The notes: generated by a model not told the origin, from the sequence alone. Counted from the first letter of the stretch, positions 38,665 through 49,628 are shown. The stretch is 64,000 nt of DNA from Gemmatimonadota bacterium (GCA_031372565.1 JANMLN010000020.1:37484-101483), one strand, 5' to 3'. Translations and numbers: made by a program.

Positions 38665-41235
38665 CTACGCACCCTTCGCCGCCACCCGCAGCCCGGCCTC
38701 CGCACTGCCACCGTCCGCCGACCCCGGCAGCCCCGGGACCAGGGCGATCGCGAACACCTGGTCCAGCGTCTCCACGCAATGGAAGGTCAGCTGCGACCGC
38801 ACATCATCCGGAATGTCCTCGAGATCCGCCTCGTTGTCCTTCGGCAGGATGATCGTGGTGATCCCCGCCCGATGCGCACCCAGCACCTTCTCCTTCACGC
38901 CGCCGATCGGCAGGACCCGGCCGCGGAGGGTGATCTCGCCCGTCATGGCCACGTCCCGGCGCACCAGCCGTCCCGACATGGCCGATACCAGCGCGGTCGC
39001 CATCGTCACGCCCGCACTCGGCCCGTCCTTCGGGATCGCGCCCGCGGGCACGTGGATGTGCACTTCGATCGGCCCGAGCTTGTCCTCGGAAATACGGAGC
39101 CGCTGCGCATGCGTGGCCGCATACGTGAGCGCCGCGCGCGCCGACTCCTTCATCACGTCGCCCAGTTGCCCGGTGAGGATGAGCGACACGTTGCCCATCC
39201 CGCTCACCTGCACCTTGTCGTCCTGCGCCGGCGCCGAGCCGAGTCGCCGGATGGCCGCCTCGACGAACATGATGTCGCCACCGGCCGGCGTGTAGTACAT
39301 CGCCGTGGCGGTCCCCACCTCGTTCTGCTCCGCAGCGTGCTCCGGGTGCACCTTCGGGCGCCCGAGCAACTCGCGCACGTCCTCCACCGAGAGTTCGCCC
39401 GTCGCGTTCGACGGCGAGACCGGATCGCCCGTGGCCAAGCGGCGCGCCACCTTGCGGGCCACCGCGCCGATGCGCTGTTCCAGCTGGCGCACGCCGCTCT
39501 CGCGCGTGTAACGCGTCACGATGCTCGCCACCGCCTCGTTGGTGAAGGTCACCGACTTGTCGGCGAGTCCCGCATCCTCGAGCTGGCGCGGAATCAGGTA
39601 CTTCTTCGCGATCTCCTGCTTCTCGCGCTCCGTGTAGCCGGCAAAGTCCACCACTTCCATGCGGTCGAGCAGCGGACCGGGAATGTTCTGGATGAAGTTC
39701 GCCGTCGCGACGAACAGCACTTCGCTCAGGTCGAACGGGACGCCCACGTAGTGATCGGTAAACGAGTCGTTCTGCGCCGGGTCGAGCACCTCGAGCAGCG
39801 CGCTCGACGGGTCCCCCTGGTACGACGTGCCCAGCTTGTCCACTTCATCGAGCAGGAAGACGGGATTCCTCGTCCCCGCCTGCTTGAGGCCCTGAATGAT
39901 GCGCCCGGGCATGGCGCCCACATACGTGCGCCGGTGGCCGCGGATGTCGGCTTCGTCACGCGCGCCACCGAGCGCCACGCGGACGTACTCGCGTCCCAGC
40001 GAGCGCGCGATCGACTTGGCGATGCTCGTCTTGCCCACGCCCGGCGGGCCCACGAACAGCAGGATCGGCCCCTTCGCCATCGCGCGCGACTTGGCTTCCT
40101 TGGTGTCCGTGATCGTCGCGTCGGACCCGTCACCCGCACTCGGCTCCCGGTCGGTGTGCAGCTTGATCACGGGCAGTTCGCCAGTCCGGCCGAGCTCGTC
40201 GGCCAACTGCTTGGCACGCAACTGACGGACCGCCAGAAACTCGAGCACGCGATCCTTCACGTCGCCCAGTCCGTAATGGTCGTCGTCGAGCACGTCGATG
40301 GCACGCTTGAGGTCCAGTTGGTCGTCCGACCGGCTGTTCCACGGCAACTCGGCGATCCACTCCAGATAGGTGCGAATCACCTGCGCTTCCATGGACTCGC
40401 GGCCGGAGCGCTCCAGGCGCCCGAGCTCGCGCTCCACTTCGGCGCGCGCCTCCTTGGGCAGCACGAGCTTGGCCAGCTTGTCGCGCAGTTCGGTGATTTC
40501 CTTGGCCTGGTCTTCCTCGCCGAGCTCCTTCTGGATCGCCTTCATCTGCTCGCGGAGGAACATCTCGCGCTGCCGTTCGCCCAGTTCTTCCTGCACCTGC
40601 GACTTGATCTCCTCCTGCGCTTCGAGGAGGCCGATCTGTCGCTGCACGTGCACCAGGACCTTCCGCAACCGATCTTCGACGCTCAGCGTCTCGAGCAGCC
40701 CCTGCTTTTCCGGGACCGGGATGTCGATGTAGCCGGCCACGAGGTCGGTGAACTTCCCCGCATCGGTCACCTGGTCGAGCACCTGATGCACGACCTCTTC
40801 CGGCAGGCCACGGCGCTCGCCCAGCTCGGCGGCACGCTCGCGCGTCTCCTTGTGCAGGGCCTCGAAGGCCGGATCGTGCTCGTCCAGTGGCCCCATCTCG
40901 TCAGTCGTGACGACCACGGCGGTCATGTACCCGTCGGTGGAGCCGTACTGGAGTGCGGTGGCGCGCTGCTCGCCCTGGAGCAGCAATTGCACGCCGCCCA
41001 AGCCGCGCTGGATCTGCCCGATCCGGGCCACGACGCCCATGGAGTACAGAATCTCGGGATTGGGCTCGTCCGAACTGTCGCGCTGCGACACCGCGAAGAC
41101 GAGGCGATCCGTCTTCAGGGCGGCCTCGATCGCGCGGAGCGTGCCGGGTCGGCCCGCCGCAACTGGGTTGGTGAGCCCGGGGAACATGACGGTTCCGCGG
41201 AGGGGCAGAACCGGAAGGGTCTGGCGCTGAGTCAT
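38665..41235 (-). CDS. lon: ATP-dependent protease La
   Basis: LPVLPLR N-domain, GPPGVGKTS, HRRTYVGAMPG, PKDGPSAG catalytic Ser, GGVKEK. Confidence 0.96.
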   Translation of the reverse strand: MTQRQTLPVLPLRGTVMFPGLTNPVAAGRPGTLRAIEAALKTDRLVFAVSQRDSSDEPNPEILYSMGVVARIGQIQRGLGGVQLLLQGEQRATALQYGSTDGYMTAVVVTTDEMGPLDEHDPAFEALHKETRERAAELGERRGLPEEVVHQVLDQVTDAGKFTDLVAGYIDIPVPEKQGLLETLSVEDRLRKVLVHVQRQIGLLEAQEEIKSQVQEELGERQREMFLREQMKAIQKELGEEDQAKEITELRDKLAKLVLPKEARAEVERELGRLERSGRESMEAQVIRTYLEWIAELPWNSRSDDQLDLKRAIDVLDDDHYGLGDVKDRVLEFLAVRQLRAKQLADELGRTGELPVIKLHTDREPSAGDGSDATITDTKEAKSRAMAKGPILLFVGPPGVGKTSIAKSIARSLGREYVRVALGGARDEADIRGHRRTYVGAMPGRIIQGLKQAGTRNPVFLLDEVDKLGTSYQGDPSSALLEVLDPAQNDSFTDHYVGVPFDLSEVLFVATANFIQNIPGPLLDRMEVVDFAGYTEREKQEIAKKYLIPRQLEDAGLADKSVTFTNEAVASIVTRYTRESGVRQLEQRIGAVARKVARRLATGDPVSPSNATGELSVEDVRELLGRPKVHPEHAAEQNEVGTATAMYYTPAGGDIMFVEAAIRRLGSAPAQDDKVQVSGMGNVSLILTGQLGDVMKESARAALTYAATHAQRLRISEDKLGPIEVHIHVPAGAIPKDGPSAGVTMATALVSAMSGRLVRRDVAMTGEITLRGRVLPIGGVKEKVLGAHRAGITTIILPKDNEADLEDIPDDVRSQLTFHCVETLDQVFAIALVPGLPGSADGGSAEAGLRVAAKGA

Positions 41236-41571
41236 GGTAGACGTGAAAAGGCCTCGGGATGGTATCGGCATGGGCTCCGAAAAGGTCCCAGGCCCGGGTC
41301 GTCTGCGCTCGCTGCGCCCCCGACCCCGGGGAAACGGCCGCCGCCACGAGTGGGAGGCCGTGAGAGCCTCTCTATTGCATGGCTCGGTCCCACTGATATG
41401 CGCCAAGGCGACGGGCTTTGCAACTTTTTGCCGCCTTGGTGACGTAGGACCCTGTCAGAGCGGCGTGGCAGCCAGACACAGGGCCACTCCGGCCCGATCA
41501 AATGCTCGCCCGGGTGTGGGATGCGTACTATCTTGGACGGTCCGACTTCAACCATTCGACGACACCGCCCG

Positions 41572-43608
41572 GTGCCCGATCCGGTTACGTCCGCGTCTGA
41601 CGCGGAATTGCGCTCCCATGTGGAACGCACGCTCGCCGCCACGTACGAGATCGAGCATGAGCTCGGCCGTGGCGGTATGGGGATCGTCTACCGCGCCCGC
41701 GACAAGCGGCTCAAGCGTGCGGTGGCGATCAAGCTGTTGCCCCCCGAGCTGGCCTTCCGGTCCGAGATCCGCTCGCGCTTCCTGCGCGAGGCGGAGACGT
41801 CGGCGGCGCTGTCGCATCCGAACATCGTCCCGATCTACTCGGTCGACGAAAAGGACGGCCTCGTCTTCTTCGTCATGCAGTTCGTGGACGGCGACAACCT
41901 CGGGAAGCGGATCCATGCGACCGGCCCGATGGACGTCGCCGACGTGCGCCGCATCATGGGCGAAGTCGCCTCCGCGCTCGCCCTCGCCCATTCGCGCTCT
42001 GTCGTGCACCGCGACATCAAGCCCGACAACATCCTCCTGAACAAGGAAGACGGGCGCGCCATGGTCACCGACTTCGGCATTGCGCGCGCGATTTCCGATG
42101 GCGCCGACTCGCGCCTGACCGCCACCGGCGTGGCGATCGGCACGCCGCATTACATGTCCCCCGAGCAGTGTGCCGGCGACCGCGACGTGGATGGGCGCGC
42201 CGACCTCTACTCGCTGGGCGTCGTGGGCTACCTGATGCTCACCGGCGAACTGCCCTTCTCGGCCGGCAGCACACCGGCGTTGCTGGTCAAGCAGATCTCC
42301 GAGATTCCCGTGGCCGTCGAGCGCAAGCGCGCGGGGGTGCCGGAGGATCTCGCGCGCAGCGTCATGCGGCTGCTGGAAAAGGATCCCGCCGATCGCTTCC
42401 CGGATGCCACGAGCCTCGAGCAGGCGCTCGAGTCAGGCGTCGTGCCAGACCAGCCGCGGCGATCGAGCAGCGCGCCGATCGCCCCGATGGACCTCGGTGC
42501 CTACGGCGGGTCCGCCTCGTCCTACGGGGCCACGGGCTCGGGGTACGGCGGGAGTGCGGCGGGCATGGGCAACAGCGGCTATGGCATGATGAGTCATGCG
42601 GGCGGCTCCGCGCCGGCCTCGTGGGCCGCCAGCGAGCCGACCTCCGACGAAGTCGCGCGCTGGTACGCGGAGCCGGTCACCAAGTTCCGCCGCAAACTCG
42701 CCCCGTATCTGGCGGTCAACAGCGTCTTCCTCTTCTTCGCGATCTTCTCGGGCACCAACCTGCTCGGCGTGTCCGCGATCTGGAGCGTCGTGATCGCGTA
42801 CCAGTACGCCAAGATCTGGAGCGAAGGCTTCGATTGGCGCGACGTGTTCAAGCAGCCGCGCGACCGACTCTTCTTCGATGTGGTCGCCGAGTGGATCGAG
42901 GACGCCAAGTCACTCTTCGATCCGCAGAAGCGCACCGAGCTGCGCAACCGCACGCGTGCGCAGCGCCAGTTGGCGCGCGAACGGGGGACCGGTGGCCTGT
43001 TCGAAGGGCCGTCGCCGCGCCTCTCCGCGGGCGGCAGCACAGTCGGTAGCGCGTCCGCCGCTCCAGCACCGGGTCCGCAGGGCGACGCCACCCGGCAAGC
43101 GCGCAGTGACCGCGACGAGATTCTCCGCCTCATCGAGACGATGCCGCGTGGCGAACGCGAGCGCGTGGCCGACGTGGCGTCGTCCGCGCGCGCCCTCTGC
43201 GACCGGATCGAGTCGCTGGGCGCGCTGCTCGCCGACCTCGAGCGCAACGCGACGCCGGGCGCGCTCGAAGTGATTGACCGCGAGATTGCCAAGCTCGAGT
43301 CGGAGGCGAACCCGCTGGACCGGGTGGGTAGCGAGGATCGCATTCGCCGTCTGGCCTATCTCAAGCGGCAGCGTCGCGCCGTGGCCGATGTCGGCGCCAA
43401 GCGCTCGAGCACGGCCGCGCGCCTCGAGAGCTGCCGCACGGCACTGCAATCCATGCGCTTCGACGTATTGCGGCTCCGCACCGGGACGCAGGACCTGGCC
43501 GGCATCACGCTCATGGCCGAGCAGGCGCTGGTGCTCGCGCGCGATGTCGATGGCATGGTTGCCGGCACCGACGCCGTCCGCGGTCTCGCCCCGCGCGGGC
43601 GCGCGTGA
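41572..43608 (+). CDS. Ser/Thr protein kinase with 2TM-like segment and C-terminal coiled-coil domain
   Basis: GRGGMG, VAIK, HRDIKPDN, DFG, SPE; start uncertain (GTG 41572 or ATG 41521). Confidence 0.9.
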   Translation: MPDPVTSASDAELRSHVERTLAATYEIEHELGRGGMGIVYRARDKRLKRAVAIKLLPPELAFRSEIRSRFLREAETSAALSHPNIVPIYSVDEKDGLVFFVMQFVDGDNLGKRIHATGPMDVADVRRIMGEVASALALAHSRSVVHRDIKPDNILLNKEDGRAMVTDFGIARAISDGADSRLTATGVAIGTPHYMSPEQCAGDRDVDGRADLYSLGVVGYLMLTGELPFSAGSTPALLVKQISEIPVAVERKRAGVPEDLARSVMRLLEKDPADRFPDATSLEQALESGVVPDQPRRSSSAPIAPMDLGAYGGSASSYGATGSGYGGSAAGMGNSGYGMMSHAGGSAPASWAASEPTSDEVARWYAEPVTKFRRKLAPYLAVNSVFLFFAIFSGTNLLGVSAIWSVVIAYQYAKIWSEGFDWRDVFKQPRDRLFFDVVAEWIEDAKSLFDPQKRTELRNRTRAQRQLARERGTGGLFEGPSPRLSAGGSTVGSASAAPAPGPQGDATRQARSDRDEILRLIETMPRGERERVADVASSARALCDRIESLGALLADLERNATPGALEVIDREIAKLESEANPLDRVGSEDRIRRLAYLKRQRRAVADVGAKRSSTAARLESCRTALQSMRFDVLRLRTGTQDLAGITLMAEQALVLARDVDGMVAGTDAVRGLAPRGRA

Positions 43609-46055
43609 GTACCCTCGGAGGTCGCCCTGAGGGCGACCTGATGAAGGACCGGGTGATCGCCGCGATCGGCGATCTCTACGACATCGAGGCCGAGATCGGA
43701 CGCGGCGGCATGGCCATCGTCTACCGGGCACTCGACGTCAAGCTGCGCCGGAAGGTGGCCGTCAAGGTCCTCCCCCCGGAACTCGCCTATCGAGACGAGG
43801 TCCGGCAGCGCTTCGTGCGCGAGGCGCAGACGGCCGCGCAGCTGTCGCACCCGAACATCGTGCCCATCTACGCCGTCGGCGATGCCGGCGGCATCGTCTA
43901 CTTCGTGATGGGGCTCGTCGAAGGCCCGACGCTGGGGCAATACCTGCAGCAGGAACCCCATGTGCCCGTCGCGTTCGTGCGCTCGGTGCTCCGCGACGTG
44001 GCCGATGCGCTCGGCTACGCGCACTCGCGCGGCGTCGTGCATCGCGACGTGAAGCCGGACAACATCCTGCTCGACGGGCCCGCCATGCGCGCGGTCGTCA
44101 CCGACTTCGGCATCGCGCGCGCGGCCGAGGGCGACGCACGGCTGACGGTCACCGGCGTGGCGGTGGGCACGCCGGCGTACATGTCGCCCGAGCAGGCAGT
44201 CGGCGAGCGCGAGGTGGATGGCCGGGCCGACCTCTACGGTCTCGGCGTGGTCGGGTGGCAGATGTGCGCCGGCGAACTGCCCTTCAAGGCCACCAACACG
44301 CCGGCCATGATGATGAAGCACCTGAGCGAGACGCCGCCGCCGCTCAGTGTTCGCGCGCCAGGCACGCCACCCAACCTCGTGGCCGCCATCGAGCGCGCGA
44401 TGGCCAAGAAGCCGGACGAACGCTGGCAGACGGCGGCCGAGTTTCGCGCGGCGGTGAGTGAGGACGCGCTGCTCGGTCCGGTGTCGCGCGTGACGCCACG
44501 CGCACAGGCGCCCGTGCCGCCGATGCCACTCGCGGGCGATGCAGGCACGCGTGCGAACGACCGCTTGCCCAACCCGACGCGTGATCCGGTCGGGTTCGGC
44601 ACCGAGCTCGGCGCGCGCATTGCGGGACAGGTCGGCAGCGCCGTTTCGCGCGTCGTGGCGGAGAGTGTCGCGGGCACGGTGGCCGGCATGCAGAACGCGC
44701 GTGCGGGGTTGCCTGCGCCTCCAGGAGCGTCCCCTGCGCTGCCGCCCTTCCCGGCCTACCCGACGGCTGGCGACGCGGCCGATCGCGACGCCTGGCGCGA
44801 CGCGCGCCGTCGGTGGCGCGAACAGGTGCGGCAGCAGGGCGTCGCGTTCCGTGAGCAGGCGCGCGCGCACGAGGTCATGGTGCGCGAAGCGACGCGTGAC
44901 GGGCGGTGGGATCGGAGCGAGATCGCCGTGGGTCCCGACGGTCGCGTCAACGTGCTCGAACGCCCGCTCGACGTGCGCATTCGCGCCCTCCGGCGGAAGC
45001 TCTTCACGAACACCTTCTGGTCGCTCCTGCTGATCGGGATCAACATCGGGACCAGGTCGCACTTTCCGTGGGCCATCTTCCCGGTGTTCGGCATGGCCGC
45101 GGGGCTGTGGCGCCGCTACGACCAGTTGGCGGTCGAGGGGGTGACCATGGGCGACGTGCTGCTCGGCCGTACCCCCGATGAGCGAACTGGACGCGTGGGG
45201 GGACCCGTCAAGACCATGGCGCAGCTCAAGGCGCGCGTGGCCGGCTTCAAGCGGCGCCTCGTCACCGCCGGAGCCGCGGCGGTCGCGGCCGTCACGTCAT
45301 TCGCGATCGGAAGCGCCTTCGAGATGAACCCGATGATCCCCGTGTTCATCGGCTCCTCGATTGCGACGCTCATCTTCTCGGTTCGGTCGATCGGGGGCGC
45401 GCTCGACATGCGCCGCTTCAACATCGGTATTGGCGATGCCCTGGCCGGGCGCTGGGAAGACGACTTCCACCTGCGCAATCCGCAGCTCGCGGCGCAACTC
45501 ATGGCGGGCGAAATGGCCGAGGCGGTGCCAGAGGAACTCAGGCGCGGCCGCTACGGCGAGGTCGTGCGCGGTGCGGCAGCCGATCGCGCGGCCATCCTCG
45601 AGATCATGGGCAAGCTGGGCGAGGCTGATCGGGCGCTCATTCCCGATGTCGTCCCCACGGTGCGTGGCCTCGAGGAGCGGATCACGAGCCTGGGCCTGGC
45701 GCTCCAGCGGATGGACGGCACGGTGGGGCCGGGCGCGCTCGAGTCACTCGACCGCCGTCTCGCGGCACTGAACGCCCAGGGCGAGGGCTCGGCCGAGCGG
45801 GATCGCACGCGCGCACTGCTGGAGCGGCAGCGGCAGACGGTCACCGATCTCTCGGAGCGTCAGGGGACGCTGCACGCGCAGCTGGACGATGCGGTGCTGC
45901 TGTTGCAGACCATGAAGCTCGACCTGCTCAAGCTGCGCTCCGCTGGTGTGCAGTCGGCACTCGAGGACGTGACGAGTGCGACACAGGAAGCGCGCGCGCT
46001 GTCGCGCGAGATCGGGACGGTGCTCGAGGCGGCGGACGAGGTGCGGCGGGTCTGA
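43605..46055 (+). CDS. Ser/Thr protein kinase, tandem paralog with TM segments and coiled-coil domain
   Basis: GRGGMA, VAVK, HRDVKPDN, DFG, SPE; GTGA overlap with the upstream kinase. Confidence 0.9.
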   Translation: MSTLGGRPEGDLMKDRVIAAIGDLYDIEAEIGRGGMAIVYRALDVKLRRKVAVKVLPPELAYRDEVRQRFVREAQTAAQLSHPNIVPIYAVGDAGGIVYFVMGLVEGPTLGQYLQQEPHVPVAFVRSVLRDVADALGYAHSRGVVHRDVKPDNILLDGPAMRAVVTDFGIARAAEGDARLTVTGVAVGTPAYMSPEQAVGEREVDGRADLYGLGVVGWQMCAGELPFKATNTPAMMMKHLSETPPPLSVRAPGTPPNLVAAIERAMAKKPDERWQTAAEFRAAVSEDALLGPVSRVTPRAQAPVPPMPLAGDAGTRANDRLPNPTRDPVGFGTELGARIAGQVGSAVSRVVAESVAGTVAGMQNARAGLPAPPGASPALPPFPAYPTAGDAADRDAWRDARRRWREQVRQQGVAFREQARAHEVMVREATRDGRWDRSEIAVGPDGRVNVLERPLDVRIRALRRKLFTNTFWSLLLIGINIGTRSHFPWAIFPVFGMAAGLWRRYDQLAVEGVTMGDVLLGRTPDERTGRVGGPVKTMAQLKARVAGFKRRLVTAGAAAVAAVTSFAIGSAFEMNPMIPVFIGSSIATLIFSVRSIGGALDMRRFNIGIGDALAGRWEDDFHLRNPQLAAQLMAGEMAEAVPEELRRGRYGEVVRGAAADRAAILEIMGKLGEADRALIPDVVPTVRGLEERITSLGLALQRMDGTVGPGALESLDRRLAALNAQGEGSAERDRTRALLERQRQTVTDLSERQGTLHAQLDDAVLLLQTMKLDLLKLRSAGVQSALEDVTSATQEARALSREIGTVLEAADEVRRV

Positions 46056-46070
46056 CGGGAAGCCGCGCTG

Positions 46071-46535
46071 CTAGAACCAGCGACGGACCCGCGCCCGATA
46101 CGCCTCGAACTCGGCGCCGAACAGGCCGGCGAGGATCCGCTCTTCGGGCATGATCTGGAACCGGGTGAGGTAGGCGCCGTAGGCCGCGAGCCACAGTACC
46201 CCCATCGGGCTGCCGATCCAGAGCGCCCACGCCGCGAGCAGCAGCAGCTGGCCCACGTACATCGGGTTGCGCGACCAGGCGTGCAATCCGGTCGTCACCA
46301 GCACCGAGCTGCGCGCCGGCGTGAGCGGGTTGACGGTCGTGCCCGCGCGGAAGAATCCCGACGCGGCCACGATTTCGATGGCGAGGCCGAGGGCCGCAAC
46401 GACCATCGCGAGAGCGCCGATCGCGCCCACCGAGGCGAGTGATGCCGCGTGAGGCGTCGGTGCGGTCAGCCAGAGCGACACGCCGCACACCGCGCCGACG
46501 AGCGGAGGCGGGACCTTCAGTTCGAGCGCGCGCAT
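46071..46535 (-). CDS. Isoprenylcysteine carboxyl methyltransferase / PEMT family protein
   Basis: TTVNP, LVTTG...SRNPMY, QI.PEE..L...FG..F..Y...VRRW. Confidence 0.9.
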   Translation of the reverse strand: MRALELKVPPPLVGAVCGVSLWLTAPTPHAASLASVGAIGALAMVVAALGLAIEIVAASGFFRAGTTVNPLTPARSSVLVTTGLHAWSRNPMYVGQLLLLAAWALWIGSPMGVLWLAAYGAYLTRFQIMPEERILAGLFGAEFEAYRARVRRWF

Positions 46536-46575
46536 GCGGCCGGCGTGTTCACGATCATGCGCGCGCCCTCGCCGG

Positions 46576-47154
46576 TCAGACGATTTCCTTCGGGCTGCGG
46601 ATGATCTTTCCCGCGAGGCCGTACGCGATCGCGGCTTCGGCTTCGAGCCAGAAGTTGCGGTTCGTGTCTTCCTCGATCCGCTCGAGCGTCTGCCCGGTGG
46701 CCTTGGCCATCAACACGTTGAGGCGCTCGCGCATCTTCACGATCTCGCGTGCCTCGATGGCGATGTCGGCCGCCGTACCGCCCGCGCCGCCCGCCGGCTG
46801 GTGCAGCAGGAAGCGCGTGTTCGGCAGGCAGTAGCGCCGCTCGCGCGGCACGGACACGTAGATGAGCGCCCCTGCGCTCGCCACCCAGCCGGTCCCGATG
46901 ATGTTCACCGGTGCGTCCACGTAGCCGATCATGTCGTGAATCGTGTCACCCGCCTCGACATGGCCACCCTGGCTGTTGATGTAGAGGTTGATCGGATCGG
47001 ACGAGTCGGCGGTCATCGCGATCAGCTGCGTGCTGATGCGCTCCGACAGCTCCTGGTCGATGCCGCCGCTGATGACGATCGTGCGCGCCTTGAAGAGGCG
47101 TTCGGCGTACAGGTCCGCGGGGATGCCGCTGGAAGCAGTGGAACTCGGGCTCAT
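46576..47154 (-). CDS. clpP: ATP-dependent Clp protease proteolytic subunit
   Basis: YINSQGG, VASAG (Ser), LHQP (His). Confidence 0.92.
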   Translation of the reverse strand: MSPSSTASSGIPADLYAERLFKARTIVISGGIDQELSERISTQLIAMTADSSDPINLYINSQGGHVEAGDTIHDMIGYVDAPVNIIGTGWVASAGALIYVSVPRERRYCLPNTRFLLHQPAGGAGGTAADIAIEAREIVKMRERLNVLMAKATGQTLERIEEDTNRNFWLEAEAAIAYGLAGKIIRSPKEIV

Positions 47155-47210
47155 GCGTTGGACGCTCGTGGTCGGAATGGATCGTGCAAAGCTAGTGACG
47201 TGCAGTCCTG

Positions 47211-47783
47211 CTATCGGGGCGCGTTCAAGTAGTACGGCGGCGCGATCTTCTCCCAACTGTCCTTGCCACTGAAGTACCCCAGCGTGCCGCCGATGATGCC
47301 GCCGGCAATGCCGCCAATGACGAAGCCCGACACGAAGTCGGAGCCATTCGGGTTGACCCCCTGGCCGTTGGACAGCGCGCCGACGAGACCACCGGCCCCT
47401 GCGCCAATGAGTCCGTACCTGATGAGGCCTCCGGTCTTCGACGTGCCGGTCCGGACATCCACCGATCGCATGTCTTGCGCGCGGATGGCCACGAACCGGT
47501 ACTGGTCGACCGGAACGATGTTGGCATCAAACAGCCCGCCGCCCTGACGCGGGGCCACCGTATCCAGCACGACCCACTCACCGCGCAACGAGTCCACGCG
47601 CCCGATGATCGGGTCGGAGCCGAGCGAGCGCGCGACGATGCGCAGTACCGCGCCGAGCACGAACGGCTCATTCTGCGGCACGCGCGCCGGAGACGAGGCT
47701 CCGGACGCCTGCGCACCCGCGCTTGCCGGCAACAGCGCAACGGCGAGGGCCGTGATGGCCGCGCGGGCGCGCCGCGCGATCAC
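47211..47783 (-). CDS. Hypothetical exported protein with glycine-zipper C-terminus
   Basis: Signal peptide ending AGA-Q; GxxxG-rich C-terminal helices. Confidence 0.7.
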   Translation of the reverse strand: MIARRARAAITALAVALLPASAGAQASGASSPARVPQNEPFVLGAVLRIVARSLGSDPIIGRVDSLRGEWVVLDTVAPRQGGGLFDANIVPVDQYRFVAIRAQDMRSVDVRTGTSKTGGLIRYGLIGAGAGGLVGALSNGQGVNPNGSDFVSGFVIGGIAGGIIGGTLGYFSGKDSWEKIAPPYYLNAPR

Positions 47784-48205
47784 GGCTTGGCCTTTGCCGC
47801 GGCCGCCTTGGCTTCGTCTTCCTTTTCCTTCGCCGCGTTCTTGTCGAAGATCGCGGCCTGCTCCGGTGTCAGCAGTGCACGGAACTCGGCGTGCTCCTTG
47901 GTCTCGATGGCGGCCAACTGCTTCTTGACCTTGTCAGTCGCCGGCATCGTCTTGCCGTCGTTGTCCTTCGTCTTCGTCGTGACCTTGATCGCCGTCATCT
48001 GCGAGTGGTACTCGTGATGCAACGCGCGGATCTTGGTCTTCTGCTCTTCGGTGAGCGTGATACCGTCGAAGTGGTCCGGGATCCCCTTCTCACGCTTGGG
48101 CGCCTTGGCTTCCTGAGCGGATGCGCTCGGGCCCGACTGGGCAGAACCCTGAGTGGCGGATGCGGCCACGAGGGCCAAGGCGGCAAGGACGACGACAGGG
48201 CGCAT
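47780..48205 (-). CDS. Spy/CpxP-like periplasmic chaperone
   Basis: Signal peptide plus two LTxxQ motifs (LTEEQ, LTPEQ). Confidence 0.75.
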   Translation of the reverse strand: MRPVVVLAALALVAASATQGSAQSGPSASAQEAKAPKREKGIPDHFDGITLTEEQKTKIRALHHEYHSQMTAIKVTTKTKDNDGKTMPATDKVKKQLAAIETKEHAEFRALLTPEQAAIFDKNAAKEKEDEAKAAAAKAKP

Positions 48206-48416
48206 GACGCGTCTCCGGGAGCTGGTTGGTGAGGGCAGGGGCGCACCACGGCCCCAATGGGACGGTCAACTCTAGGTGCCGGAAGAAGATAGCGCGAGTG
48301 CGGCTGCCACTGGCGGACGCCCGAAAAAAGGGTATTGTTACGGCGCCAGCCGGATCAATCACGATGATGTGTTCGCAAGTTGTTGTGCGGCTTGCACTTG
48401 AGGAGACCAAAGGACC

Positions 48417-49628
48417 GTGACAGTTCCGATCCCCCCTGCCGGCTCCGTGCCGCCAGCCGCTCAGCCTGAAGCGCCGTTGGCGCCCGCCGCCCCCGCTGCG
48501 GCCGCTCCCGCGACGACCCCGGCAGCTCCGATTCCCCCGCCGCCGCCGGCACCGGTGACCTTCCCGATCACGTGGATGCTCGACCACGCCGCGCCGCCGC
48601 TGCAGTACCGGGCGATGGCCGAGGTGGCCCGGTGTTCCCCGTCGGTAGCGGAGCGTGCCCGCGCTCTGTCGTATGCCTTCGCGCCCGCGATGTCGTTGTC
48701 GCTCACTCAGGGCGTTGACGGCACCTGGAACGGCAGCATGTTCGGGATGCCCGCCGCCAAGTCGGCACACTTCGAGGGGGTCGGCACGATGCTCGCCGTT
48801 CGCCGCCTGCTCGAGTACGGCTGGGAGCGCGAGGCGCCGCCGCTGGTCCACGCGCGACGGCTGCTGTTTCGGCTGCTCGCCGAGGATGAAGATCCGCAGT
48901 TCCTCTTCGAGTTGCTCCCGGCCAAGGGGGTGACGCGTGAGTTGCGGCACCGCGGCCGTCGCATGTTGCGCGAGTGCGCGGCCTCGCTGCTGGCGCAGGC
49001 CGGCTATGAAGACGACCCGCGACTGCGTGGCGCAGCGCGGCGCGCGCTCCATCGCGTCGGGGACTATCTCGCGTCGCCCTTGGGGGCCAAGCCATGGGTG
49101 CGCATCGGCAACAAGCAGGTGCTCGCGGCCGAGGCGCAACCGCCGTCCATCTGGCTGCTCTGGATGATGGCGTTCATGCCGCACTTCCGGAACGAGCATC
49201 ATGCCCAGATGGAGCTCCTCTACACGCACCTGTCGCAGCCGTTGCCGCGCCAGGAGCCCGTGCAGGCGGTCGGGGAGAAGCTCATCGAGCAGGAGCACCT
49301 CGTGCTGGGGGACTGGCTGCCGCATCGCAACGCCGTCGATGCCGACGTGCCGCGCGCGCTGGCTTGGCTGGAGCTCATGGCGCGCCTGGGCTTCCTCAAG
49401 CGCAACGAGAACTGGCTCAAGCTGTTCGAGCGGTTTGTCGACGACTGCGATGCGCAGGGCGTCTGGCACCCGCACAAGGGGACGACGGCCCCCCGCAGCA
49501 GCGACGTGCACTCGTGGGGCAGCTATCCCCTCGAGCCAGCCAGGGCGGGGGACGAGCGGTACAGTGACGCCACGTTCCGCATCGGACTGATCGCGCGCCT
49601 TCTCGGGCGGCAGATCGAACTCACCTGA
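48417..49628 (+). CDS. Hypothetical protein, Pro/Ala-rich N-terminus, possible alpha/alpha-toroid fold
   Basis: GGAG/AAGGA upstream; Q..DG.W and C...G.W repeats reminiscent of QW motifs. Confidence 0.7.
   Translation: MTVPIPPAGSVPPAAQPEAPLAPAAPAAAAPATTPAAPIPPPPPAPVTFPITWMLDHAAPPLQYRAMAEVARCSPSVAERARALSYAFAPAMSLSLTQGVDGTWNGSMFGMPAAKSAHFEGVGTMLAVRRLLEYGWEREAPPLVHARRLLFRLLAEDEDPQFLFELLPAKGVTRELRHRGRRMLRECAASLLAQAGYEDDPRLRGAARRALHRVGDYLASPLGAKPWVRIGNKQVLAAEAQPPSIWLLWMMAFMPHFRNEHHAQMELLYTHLSQPLPRQEPVQAVGEKLIEQEHLVLGDWLPHRNAVDADVPRALAWLELMARLGFLKRNENWLKLFERFVDDCDAQGVWHPHKGTTAPRSSDVHSWGSYPLEPARAGDERYSDATFRIGLIARLLGRQIELT

Noticed and set aside
38155..41442. Long antisense ORFs (also 18909-21623, 31072-33270, 54678-57182, 57238-60063, 61648-63639)
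   Set aside because: Typical high-GC shadow frames opposite well-supported genes.
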